Assembly: GCA_051388875.1 (NCBI GenBank)
Contig: JBMFFR010000006.1
Location: forward strand, 12,109 to 76,108
Reading direction: 5' to 3'
Origin: Candidatus Brocadiia bacterium JP1
Lineage (GTDB): Bacteria > Planctomycetota > Brocadiia > Brocadiales > Bathyanammoxibiaceae
DNA length: 64,000 bases
Of this stretch, positions 56,341 to 64,000 are shown one piece after another; within the stretch, counting starts at the first letter, position 1, and each line of letters begins with the position of its first letter. The notes below the pieces were generated by a model. The model was not told the origin of the DNA and ran no database searches. It saw nothing but the letters and a program-made list of their open reading frames with translations. The position numbers and the translations under genes are program-made.

Positions 56341-57363
56341 GTGAAATATTTCATATCCATTATCGCACTATTTTTGTGTCTTCTTCTCAATGGTAAGGCC
56401 AATGGGCATCACGCCGGTGTAGGGACCGGACCCGGAAAGGCTGGGCCGATTACCACAATTCCAGCCACAACACTATCAAAGGGTAATTTCATGGTAGATT
56501 TTCGCCTTGAAAACCTTAAATTCGATCGTTATAGCGACGGTGAATTATTGAACTTTGCCATGCAAGGTACGGAAGTACATAGTGTGGACTCAAGGTGGAA
56601 CGCTATCCTGACCGGGGCTTTTGGTGTAACGGATGATTTCACGGCAGGTTTTCGCATGCCATACCTTTCGCACGAACAAACAAGGGAAGGACATGAACAT
56701 ATGACAATGGCGGAAATAATTAGACATGGTGACTCAGCAGATTTTGGGGACATTACCCTCTTTGGACAATACAGAGTCTTTCACTTGAACCATAGAGAAC
56801 TAGAGTTATCCGCCCTTTTCGGAATTAAAGCGCCTACCGGACGCACTACTGAAAGAACAAACCAGGGGCCACGATTTGAAGTGGAACACCAGCCTGGCTC
56901 TGGCTCATGGGACCCTATGGCAGGCCTAGCGGTAACCAAACGCTGGGGAAGGCTGTCCCTTGACAGCAACGTCCTTTATATGTTCACCACCCAGGGCAAT
57001 CAACGCACTACCCTTGGAGATATGTTCTTCTATAATTTGGCAATCTCTTACAGGATTGGTGAAATAAGACACATACACCATTACACGGTAGGAAACCAAG
57101 TCCACAAGGAGGAACACACCCACCTGGCATGGGACTTCGTGACAGAGTTAAACGGGGAATGGCATGGCAAGCATGAAATCAGCGACAAAGATGACGATAA
57201 TAGTGGTGGAAATCAGGTCTATTTCGCCCCAGGGGTTAGGGCTACTATTGCAGACCGCTACTCACCCTTTTTCTCTCTAAAAATTCCTATTCTCCAAGAT
57301 ATGAATGGCAAAGAGCAAGAGGCAGATTATCAATTTGTTGTAGGAATAGGCGTTGGATTCTGA
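56341..57363 (+). CDS. Outer-membrane beta-barrel 'transporter' (MetA-pathway-like family) with an N-terminal HH motif
   Basis: 340 aa with a GTG start after aaggaaaggagcaaagg. The signal peptide is followed by HHAGVGTGPGKAGPITTIPATTLSKGNF..., and the C-terminus ...VVGIGVGF ends in a terminal Phe. Confidence 0.7.
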   Translation: MKYFISIIALFLCLLLNGKANGHHAGVGTGPGKAGPITTIPATTLSKGNFMVDFRLENLKFDRYSDGELLNFAMQGTEVHSVDSRWNAILTGAFGVTDDFTAGFRMPYLSHEQTREGHEHMTMAEIIRHGDSADFGDITLFGQYRVFHLNHRELELSALFGIKAPTGRTTERTNQGPRFEVEHQPGSGSWDPMAGLAVTKRWGRLSLDSNVLYMFTTQGNQRTTLGDMFFYNLAISYRIGEIRHIHHYTVGNQVHKEEHTHLAWDFVTELNGEWHGKHEISDKDDDNSGGNQVYFAPGVRATIADRYSPFFSLKIPILQDMNGKEQEADYQFVVGIGVGF

Positions 57364-57373
57364 AATCCTACTG

Positions 57374-57408
57374 AATAACTCGCAACCTAAAGACCGCGGT
57401 TATTTTTT
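57374..57408 (+). terminator. Rho-independent terminator candidate after the barrel gene
   Basis: AATAACTCGC (57374-57383) pairs with GCGGTTATT (57396-57404), giving 9 bp with one bulge and a 12-nt loop. It runs into TTTTTT. Confidence 0.55.
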
Positions 57409-57730
57409 GAGATGGCTTTTGTCGTCTATCCAAAGTGAACTTGTAACGATATTTACAGTAAATTAAGGGTTGTGGCTACCAAGTGGTAATTAAGCAGAAA
57501 ACCCACTCCAACCCTACACAATTTGCAGATTAAGCTACAAAGTTTGTAGCCATCTCTTTTTACTAGAAGTTTATATCTTCTAGAAACAGAAAGATTTCAC
57601 ACAAGCTTTTACATAGCAATAATATATTGCTCTTAAGTAGCTAAGGCCCGGTGCTCTGGCATAAGGATTGCGAACTTTATTATGCGAAATCTGGATAATA
57701 TACAAACAAACGACAAGCAAGAGGCTAAGG

Positions 57731-58309
57731 TTGAAGTCAGATAATGGTTTCACACTTGTGGAGATGGTAATAGTGCTCGGTATTATTGCTGTACTGGCTT
57801 CTATTCTTGTTCCTACCTTAGTCAAATACGTTGGTGATACTAGAATAATGAAGGCACAGAAAGACGTAGAGCTTATCTGCGCCGCCATAGGAAAATTTTA
57901 TAGTGATACAAGTCTTATGCCGGTGTCCAGTGATTACATAAATGGTACCAAAAATGATGTAGACGTCCTCAAGGGGCCAGGAAACAACCCCACAGATTAT
58001 TCAGGAACCGATGCTGATAAATGGCTGGACAAGGTGCTGGACGACATGGATAACCACTTGATGGACAACGAAGCTAATTATCCAACCACTGGAGGTAAGA
58101 AGTGGAATGGTCCTTATCTAAGCCAACTCTCTGATGACCCATGGGGAAATTGTTATCTGGTTAATGTCAGGTGGATTCAGCCATCTCAAATCAGTCACTC
58201 GCAATCATGCTTTGTACTGTCGTCCGGACCGAATGGAGAAATTGATACGGAATTCAATGGGAATAATATTAGCCCCGCAGGTGATGACATAGTTTGCCGT
58301 CTAAAATGA
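57731..58309 (+). CDS. Type II secretion / type IV pilin-like pseudopilin (GspG-like)
   Basis: It has a prepilin leader and the methylation motif (M)KSDNGFTLVEMVIVLGIIAVLASI from the TTG at 57731, after aagaggctaagg. It also has GPYL...DPWGNCYLV, the GspG-like signature. Confidence 0.75.
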   Translation: MKSDNGFTLVEMVIVLGIIAVLASILVPTLVKYVGDTRIMKAQKDVELICAAIGKFYSDTSLMPVSSDYINGTKNDVDVLKGPGNNPTDYSGTDADKWLDKVLDDMDNHLMDNEANYPTTGGKKWNGPYLSQLSDDPWGNCYLVNVRWIQPSQISHSQSCFVLSSGPNGEIDTEFNGNNISPAGDDIVCRLK

Positions 58310-58427
58310 AACAGGTTGAAAGAGCCTATTTTCATTTAAATTAAAAATTTATGTGTTGTGCAATTCCTAAAGCGAAAGCGTATTTGAAAATGGAGGGGTA
58401 CAACTATTTACAGAAAGGAGGATTAAA

Positions 58428-59123
58428 ATGGGCATTTTGATGAGACTTTTGAAGAAGTTTGTCTGTCTTGCAAGGAAGAAAAGTGGGTTCACACTTGTGG
58501 AAGCCACTGCTAGCGTAGCAGTGATTGGGACACTTGCTGCTATAGCCTTGCCAATCGCTATAGACAAGATAAACCAGGCTAAGTTCGCAGCTGCTGATGG
58601 CGATACAAAAGATATTGCTACCGCTATTACTAATTTAATCTACGACGTAGGTCTGAATAATCTAGGTGATAACACAGACTTTGCTAATACTGTTCACAGA
58701 CAGGTTTTTGCCAATACAGCCGGGAGCCTCTCTGCTGGCGATCTTCCAGCTAACTCCGTACAGGCGGGAGGACAGTGGGCCAGCACTGTAAACGCAACAA
58801 CGGGTGTAGGGTCGCTGCGTAATAACTTGGTCATTAATGACCTTGATGAAACCGGGATAGCTGGTGAGACTGGTGACTATCCAAGACACCTTTGGAAGGG
58901 CCCCTACATAGGTGCCAATAGAGAATTTCTTGACCCGTGGGGAAAATCATATCTGGTAAACATAAGAGCTATGAGAGTCGGTCTGGCTCTAGATAACACA
59001 ACACCTATTTACGGATGGATTCTCTCAGCAGGTCCTAACCAGAAGCTAGACACAAAAGACACTGACGTCCTCCCGGGAGGCGATGACAGGGGAGTATTGC
59101 TATTTAGAAAGAGCGAATCCTAA
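58428..59123 (+). CDS. Second pseudopilin/pilin-like protein (GspG-like)
   Basis: A gaaaggagg RBS precedes it. Motifs are ...RKKSGFTLVEATASVAVIGTLAAIALP, KGPYIG...DPWGKSYLVNI and a GGDD C-terminus. Confidence 0.75.
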   Translation: MGILMRLLKKFVCLARKKSGFTLVEATASVAVIGTLAAIALPIAIDKINQAKFAAADGDTKDIATAITNLIYDVGLNNLGDNTDFANTVHRQVFANTAGSLSAGDLPANSVQAGGQWASTVNATTGVGSLRNNLVINDLDETGIAGETGDYPRHLWKGPYIGANREFLDPWGKSYLVNIRAMRVGLALDNTTPIYGWILSAGPNQKLDTKDTDVLPGGDDRGVLLFRKSES

Positions 59124-59148
59124 TCTTAAACAAATAAAAGAATTGTAC

Positions 59149-59195
59149 CAATCTCAGCCTGGAGAAACATCTAGCGCTGGGATTGTGTTTTTAGT
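59149..59195 (+). terminator. Rho-independent terminator candidate after the pseudopilin pair
   Basis: CAATCTCAGC (59149-59158) pairs with GCTGGGATTG (59176-59185), giving 10 bp including one G-U. It is followed by TGTGTTTTTAGTTT. Confidence 0.5.
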
Positions 59196-59399
59196 TTCAA
59201 AAATGTGTAAAACTGTTCTCTAATGGTAGATTTGCCTTCCATTAAGAGATAATCTTAGACCACAAGAAATTGATACTTAGTGTCCTTCGTCAAGCTACAG
59301 ATGTATTTGTTTTTGCCGGGTATGCCTTCTTTCCACAACAAGGTTAACTGTTGTTAGTTCTCTAGCCTCACTTATTTGCACACAAAGAAGCATTTTCAT

Positions 59400-59427
59400 T
59401 TGCATAATACGTAGCACTATTTATAAT
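59400..59427 (+). promoter_or_regulatory. Candidate promoter TTGCAT-16-TATAAT ending 8 nt before the ATG (possible leaderless transcript)
   Basis: Hexamers are at 59400-59405 and 59422-59427. The start codon is at 59436 with no SD sequence. Confidence 0.35.
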
Positions 59428-59435
59428 TTTGTGTT

Positions 59436-60050
59436 ATGGAGCCTTTGATATTATCTGCTATAGGTGTTGGGTTTGTGCACTCGTTAGCGCCCGACCACTG
59501 GCTTCCTTTCGCCTCTTTAGCTCAGGCCCAGGGTTGGTCAAGAAAGAAGTTACTATTCATAACTTTCCTGGCTGGGTTAGGTCACGTAGGCTCAAGTTTT
59601 ATTTTGGGAGCTTTGGGAATAGTCCTGGGTTTTGGACTTACTCACCTTGAGGGGATAGAATCAATCAGGGGTAATATCGCTGGTTTGCTCCTTATTGGCT
59701 TTGGAGTGGCTTATGCCCTATGGGGATTAAAACACGTAAGAGACCATCATTTGCATATACATAGAGGAGAGGTAGTTACCCTCTGGACAGTTATGGCTAT
59801 CTTCATCTTTGGCCCATGCGAGCCACTCATACCACTAATGTTTCTTGCAATTCAGCACGGATGGATGGGTATATGGTTGACAACCCTAGCATTTTCCATT
59901 ACTACCGTCTTTATGGTGGTGGCTCAAAGTATGCTGGCCTTCGTAGGCTTCAACCTCCTGCCAAGGCACGCCTTGGAGAGGTGGTCCCATGTTTTGGCTG
60001 GAGGGATAATAGCCCTCACAGGAGCAGCAGTTATGTTCATTGGGATTTAG
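59436..60050 (+). CDS. Small polytopic membrane protein, NicO/UreH-like putative Ni/Co transporter
   Basis: 204 aa with ~6 TM segments. The motif GFVHSLAPDHWLPF resembles the H-x4-D-H signature of nickel/cobalt transporter families, and a second His-rich loop reads VRDHHLHIHRGE. Confidence 0.45.
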   Translation: MEPLILSAIGVGFVHSLAPDHWLPFASLAQAQGWSRKKLLFITFLAGLGHVGSSFILGALGIVLGFGLTHLEGIESIRGNIAGLLLIGFGVAYALWGLKHVRDHHLHIHRGEVVTLWTVMAIFIFGPCEPLIPLMFLAIQHGWMGIWLTTLAFSITTVFMVVAQSMLAFVGFNLLPRHALERWSHVLAGGIIALTGAAVMFIGI

Positions 60051-60186
60051 GTTTTATTGCGATGAAGGTAGCACCTATAGTGTATTGAGAGGTCCGATAG
60101 CCTGTCTTGCCCACCGGTTTGACATCCATAAATCCAGCTCGTTCTAATAACCCAAGGAAGGACCTCCCTGGTATGGCACCACTGAT

Positions 60187-60804
60187 TCACTTAGACCATT
60201 GACCTAACTTCTCTACTGTTGCTTGGTCAACGCCTTCCTCCAATATAATATCCGCTGCGTATATACGCCCACCTGGCCTCAAAACCCTATAAAGTTCATT
60301 TACTACCTGCTCTTTCTGGGGAGAAAGATTCACCAAGCCGTTGAAAATAATTAAGTCCATGGAATTGCCAATGATGGGAAGCTCTTCTGCCGACCCTTTG
60401 AGGAACACCGCATTGTTAATGCCAAGCCTCTGACAGTTAGCCCAAGCCTTTTCCAACATAGCATAAGTAAAATCTATGCCTATCACTATTCCCTTATGTC
60501 CAATCCGTTTGGACACCAAGAAAGTATCCACTCCGGCTCCGGAGCCGATATCCAGGACTCTTTCTCCCTTATTTACCGGGCCCAAGCCTAGAGGGTATCC
60601 TACCCCCGCAAAAGACTCAGTTATGGCTAGGGACAGAGAGTCTATTTCCTGAGGGTCATAACCCAATCTTTTTGCGCTTTCAGGGCCGGTAGGAACCCTT
60701 CTTTCAGAAAATGGATCTGAAGCAATCTTTTCAAAACGGACCCTAATTTGTTCTCTTATCCCATTGAGGTCTTCAATCCTATCGCTATTCATTACCCACC
60801 ACAC
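60187..60804 (-). CDS. Class I SAM-dependent methyltransferase, ArsM-like but lacking the ArsM cysteines
   Basis: 205 aa with the SAM motif VLDIGSGAGVD. Its layout resembles arsenite methyltransferases, but GVGYP replaces the recalled GCGNP motif and FNGLVNL replaces the recalled SNCVINL motif. Confidence 0.65.
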   Translation of the reverse strand: MWWVMNSDRIEDLNGIREQIRVRFEKIASDPFSERRVPTGPESAKRLGYDPQEIDSLSLAITESFAGVGYPLGLGPVNKGERVLDIGSGAGVDTFLVSKRIGHKGIVIGIDFTYAMLEKAWANCQRLGINNAVFLKGSAEELPIIGNSMDLIIFNGLVNLSPQKEQVVNELYRVLRPGGRIYAADIILEEGVDQATVEKLGQWSK

Positions 60805-62107
60805 TTAGACCGTCAAAGTAGAGGGCTGGAACATAGTTAGAACCATACCACTGTGGTTGGCTACCAATGGCATTAAGTTGATTGAAGACTTCAAAGACAT
60901 TCCCAGCAATCATGCAATCCTTAACTCTACCTATAACCTCACCGTTTTCAATAAGGAATCCCAGGTCAATGTTTACTGAAAACTCGCCTGCCAAGGTATT
61001 ACTCTGTCCACCACCTAGCACCTGGTCCACCAAGAGCCCATACTTTACATCTTTAATCATGTCCTCTAATTTCATATCGCCCGGCTCCAGGACAACATTG
61101 GTGCAAGCTGGAGCAGGTTGGGACGCAAAGCTGCGTATACCATTGCCGGTGGATCTGGTAGACATTATCCCAGCTGTTTGAAGATCAAACAGGAAGTTTT
61201 TTAACACCCCCCTTTCTATAAGGGGTGTATGTTGGGCCTGCACCCCCTCCCCATCTAACGGATAACTACCAGTGGCAAAATCTATCGTTGGGTCGTCGTA
61301 AATGGTCAACCTTTCATCCGCTATCTTTTCACCCAACCGACCTATGAGTGGAGAGGCACCCTTCTGAACAAGCTTACCATTGCAACCCATTTCTAGTGGT
61401 GCAAGCAGTAAGCCAACCGCCTTTGATGTAAAGATTACCGGGAAAAGGCCAGAACTTATTCTGAGTTCCTTTTCTGACAGGCGCAATTTTTCAAGGATTT
61501 TCTCGGTAGCCCTCATAAGGCCATCAACTACTTTCCTGGAACTCTCACCCTCACCAACCCACACTAGCCCTTTTTCTTTTACTAATACTATATCTATACC
61601 CATACTATGTATGGTAGAGTTTCTTGAGAAGTCTAACCCACTTGAATTCAGTAGGCGTCGCATGCCCACTCCCTTGCCGGCCTCTACACTGCACTGGTAT
61701 TCTGGGCAAACTGTGAGGGCCTTATCAAGAACCTCTTTACCTAAGGCTATGGCCTTTTCTATAGGAAAATCTACTACTTCCTTATCAAATATTTTAACCT
61801 CTGATAATGTGCTTGGTGTAGGAAACTGGAACTTAGCTTCCTGGCCAAAATGGGCAGAGCGGAGAGCCTTTTCTACTAAGTTCTCTGGCTTCCTGAGGTC
61901 TGTGGTGCTGGAGAAACCTATTCTGGAATCCTTTATGAGCCTGAGGCCTATCCCGCGTATTGTCTTATGATGAATATACTTAAGTTTGTTATGCTCAAAG
62001 CTAACAGAGTGAGATTCTCCTTCCTCATAGATAACCTCGGCGGCATCTGCCACCTTGAGAGCCAGTTCAAGGACTTTTTCTTCTATCTTCACGTTATCTT
62101 CCACCAA
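60785..62107 (-). CDS. pmbA: TldE/PmbA-family metalloprotease component
   Basis: 440 aa with TldD/PmbA-fold motifs and no HExxxH, as expected for the PmbA partner. It overlaps both neighbours. Confidence 0.8.
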   Translation of the reverse strand: MVEDNVKIEEKVLELALKVADAAEVIYEEGESHSVSFEHNKLKYIHHKTIRGIGLRLIKDSRIGFSSTTDLRKPENLVEKALRSAHFGQEAKFQFPTPSTLSEVKIFDKEVVDFPIEKAIALGKEVLDKALTVCPEYQCSVEAGKGVGMRRLLNSSGLDFSRNSTIHSMGIDIVLVKEKGLVWVGEGESSRKVVDGLMRATEKILEKLRLSEKELRISSGLFPVIFTSKAVGLLLAPLEMGCNGKLVQKGASPLIGRLGEKIADERLTIYDDPTIDFATGSYPLDGEGVQAQHTPLIERGVLKNFLFDLQTAGIMSTRSTGNGIRSFASQPAPACTNVVLEPGDMKLEDMIKDVKYGLLVDQVLGGGQSNTLAGEFSVNIDLGFLIENGEVIGRVKDCMIAGNVFEVFNQLNAIGSQPQWYGSNYVPALYFDGLSVVGNE

Positions 62108-63455
62108 CTACTACATTTCTAATGCGTATATGTGGTCCTCCATCGCTCACCCTTAGTGGAAACTGCCCACCCTTTCCACAGCCCCCAAGCCCACCCTGAA
62201 GCTTGAGATCATTCCCTATCGCATCAATATTCATCAAGGTCTCAAACACATTGCCGGTAAGGACTACATCCCTGAGCCTTTCACCCAGTTTACCATCCTT
62301 TATACGAAAGGTCTCGGCAGCGCTAAAAGTGAACATCTCCATGTTGGTCTGTCCACCCAGTGCCCCTTTACAATATATACCCTCTGACGTATCTTCTAAC
62401 ATCTTCTCAAGAGTCCAGTCCCGCGGCTCCATATAAGTATTGGACATCCTTACTATGGGTTCATTAACGTATCCAAGGGCTCTTGCATTTCCGGTTGGCT
62501 TCTCCCCCATCTTTGCAGCCGTTTCGCGTGAGTGAAGACGACTGGTAAGAATACCATTCTTTATAAGATAAGTCTTCTGAGTGGGTGTACCTTCACTATC
62601 GTATTTATTGGTGCCTGCTTCCCCAGGCATACTACCATCATCAATGATGGAAATTTCATCCCTACCAAAGCGTTTGCCCAATTGCATAATTTCTAGTAAT
62701 TTTTTATTCTCATAGATAAAGTCTGCTTCGCTGAGATGGCCAAAGGCCTCATGGGTGAATACCCCGCAGAGTAAGGGGTCTGCTATTACTGTGTAAATTC
62801 CACCCCCTATTGGCTTAGCATGAAGTAGTTCTATGGCTAGTTGGGTGATTTCTTCGCATTTTGCCTCCAGCCCCATGACATTTTGATAGCCCCTGAGGTC
62901 TCCAATTGATTCAAAAGCTCTCTGCACGTTTGTCCCATCTTTGGTAATGGCCAGAAGGGATATGCCACAAAAGGCAGTCTCCTGGACTATAACACTACCC
63001 TCGGAGTTAGCAAAATAGGTTACCGAATGGGAATCCATATAACGAACGTTAGAAGTCTGAACATGTTTAGAAGAAAGGATTATGTTGTTATATTTCTGGC
63101 ATAGAGAGTGTTTTTCTTCCAGTGGTACATCCCTGGGGTCTATGTTTACTTTTGCCTTCACATATTCATTTGTAATTGGGATAGGTGCCAGGAATCTAGT
63201 AGAATCCCCTAACATACTAGCCTGTCTTACAGCTGCAAGGACATAGTCAGGCAGGTTTTCTATGTCATTAAAGGCAACAAAGCCCCATCCCCCTTTTACT
63301 AAGGCGCGTACACACCCACCGATACTGTCACTTTCGTTAATAGTTTCTAACTCCTTACCTGTGTAGTTTACGGTGGTGCCAGACCCTTCGTGCACCCTAA
63401 TCTCCAGGTAATCAGCTTTTGCAGCGTGTAATGCTCGTTTAATCAGTTCCTCCAT
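62094..63455 (-). CDS. tldD: TldD-family metalloprotease
   Basis: 453 aa with HEAFGHLSEAD (HExxxH) and the C-terminal GGCGKGGQ motif. Confidence 0.85.
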   Translation of the reverse strand: MEELIKRALHAAKADYLEIRVHEGSGTTVNYTGKELETINESDSIGGCVRALVKGGWGFVAFNDIENLPDYVLAAVRQASMLGDSTRFLAPIPITNEYVKAKVNIDPRDVPLEEKHSLCQKYNNIILSSKHVQTSNVRYMDSHSVTYFANSEGSVIVQETAFCGISLLAITKDGTNVQRAFESIGDLRGYQNVMGLEAKCEEITQLAIELLHAKPIGGGIYTVIADPLLCGVFTHEAFGHLSEADFIYENKKLLEIMQLGKRFGRDEISIIDDGSMPGEAGTNKYDSEGTPTQKTYLIKNGILTSRLHSRETAAKMGEKPTGNARALGYVNEPIVRMSNTYMEPRDWTLEKMLEDTSEGIYCKGALGGQTNMEMFTFSAAETFRIKDGKLGERLRDVVLTGNVFETLMNIDAIGNDLKLQGGLGGCGKGGQFPLRVSDGGPHIRIRNVVVGGR

Positions 63456-63463
63456 AATCTCAC

Positions 63464-64000
63464 CTATGCGATAAGTTTCTCGAATTCTTTCTCGTTAATA
63501 GTCTTTACACCCAGTTGGTGAGCTTTATCATATTTAGAGCCTGGAGATTCCCCTATCACCAGAAAATCAGTCTGTTTACTAATGCCAGAAGAGACCTTTC
63601 CCCCTAAGCTCTTGATAAGGGACTCTATTTCATGCCTGGAGTATTTCTCCAGGGTACCGGTAACTACAAAAGTTTTACCAGCTAGTTTCAAATCCTTGGT
63701 ACGTCTTTTTTCTCCTAACTTAACAGTGTTAACCCCTGCGGTTTTTAATTTTCTTACAATTTCCTTGGTCCTAGAGTTAGCAAGGAACGTTACTATACTT
63801 CTGGCCATGACAGGGCCAATTTCATGAATCTCTTCCAGTTCTTTTTGTGTAGCCTGCATTATCTCATCTAGGGACTGGAAATGGGAGGCCAATACTTCGG
63901 CAGCATGGACTCCAACATGATGAATACCCAAGGCTCCGATAAGCCGAGGGAGGTCCCTCTTTTTACTGGCCTCTATTCCATTTAAAAGATTGGTGGCTGA
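63464..64000 (-). CDS. ligA: NAD-dependent DNA ligase, C-terminal part (HhH + BRCT); 5' end lies beyond the right window edge
   Basis: The reading frame is open to position 64000. My translation of 64000-63932 gives SATNLLNGIEASKKRDLPRLIGA, which continues into LGIHHVG...IGPVMARSIV (HhH motifs), followed by GKTFVVTGTL...SKQTDFLVIGESPGSKYDKA (BRCT). Confidence 0.9.
   Translation of the reverse strand, partial: SATNLLNGIEASKKRDLPRLIGALGIHHVGVHAAEVLASHFQSLDEIMQATQKELEEIHEIGPVMARSIVTFLANSRTKEIVRKLKTAGVNTVKLGEKRRTKDLKLAGKTFVVTGTLEKYSRHEIESLIKSLGGKVSSGISKQTDFLVIGESPGSKYDKAHQLGVKTINEKEFEKLIA

Noticed and set aside
61380-61970. 196-aa + strand ORF
   Set aside because: It is antisense to pmbA, with a Ser/Pro/Leu-rich composition typical of shadow ORFs.
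1-64000. tRNA, rRNA, CRISPR arrays
   Set aside because: I scanned all spacers over 80 bp by eye. I found no cloverleaf-compatible T-arm consensus, no rRNA-like segments and no regularly spaced direct repeats. tRNAscan-SE, Infernal or a CRISPR finder would be needed to exclude them formally.

Overview
This is a 64-kb chromosomal window from a bacterium, with moderate G+C by eye. Taxonomy cannot be fixed from the sequence alone. The gene content (V/A-type ATPase, 2-hydroxyacyl-CoA-dehydratase-like enzymes, thiolase-Hbd-EtfBA) suggests an anaerobe. Most of the window is housekeeping. It includes a V/A-ATPase operon (G/H-like, I, K, E, C, F, A, B on the minus strand) that overlaps the stop of hemL. 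It also includes DAHP synthase, an aminotransferase and a Zn-ADH. Further calls are rpsU, an FmdB-HIT-dGTPase-like operon, ispD, glmS with an alternative GlmU-like gene, sirC-like/lysA/argH, and a purine-type permease. The rest are gcvT-H-PA-PB with a lipoate ligase, malic enzyme, asd, truA, TldD/PmbA and the 3' part of ligA. No rRNA, tRNA or CRISPR array was recognised by eye. The less ordinary parts are as follows. (1) An A+T-rich ~2.2-kb insert (33.4-35.6 kb) holds a decayed tyrosine-recombinase gene, a near-consensus promoter and one intact gene for a SWIM-zinc-finger protein with an internal module duplication. (2) An orphan contractile-tail tube (gp19/Afp1-like) gene sits next to a secreted TPR protein. 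(3) Two metal-flavoured loci are built around paralogous outer-membrane barrels with an N-terminal His-His motif: nikR-barrel-frameshifted small ORF, and cysteine-less HMA / Cys-His-rich protein / barrel. A NicO-like transporter lies nearby. (4) A family of 150-230-bp nested-palindrome intergenic elements has conserved terminal inverted repeats, and G/C-run hairpin repeats occur alongside it. (5) A B12-radical-SAM singleton has a CX4CX2C cluster motif. (6) A Myb-like HTH is paired with a SHOCT protein. (7) There is a long, divergent RNase HII-like protein. All functional calls rest on motif recognition in the supplied translations or my own translations; nothing was searched against a database.
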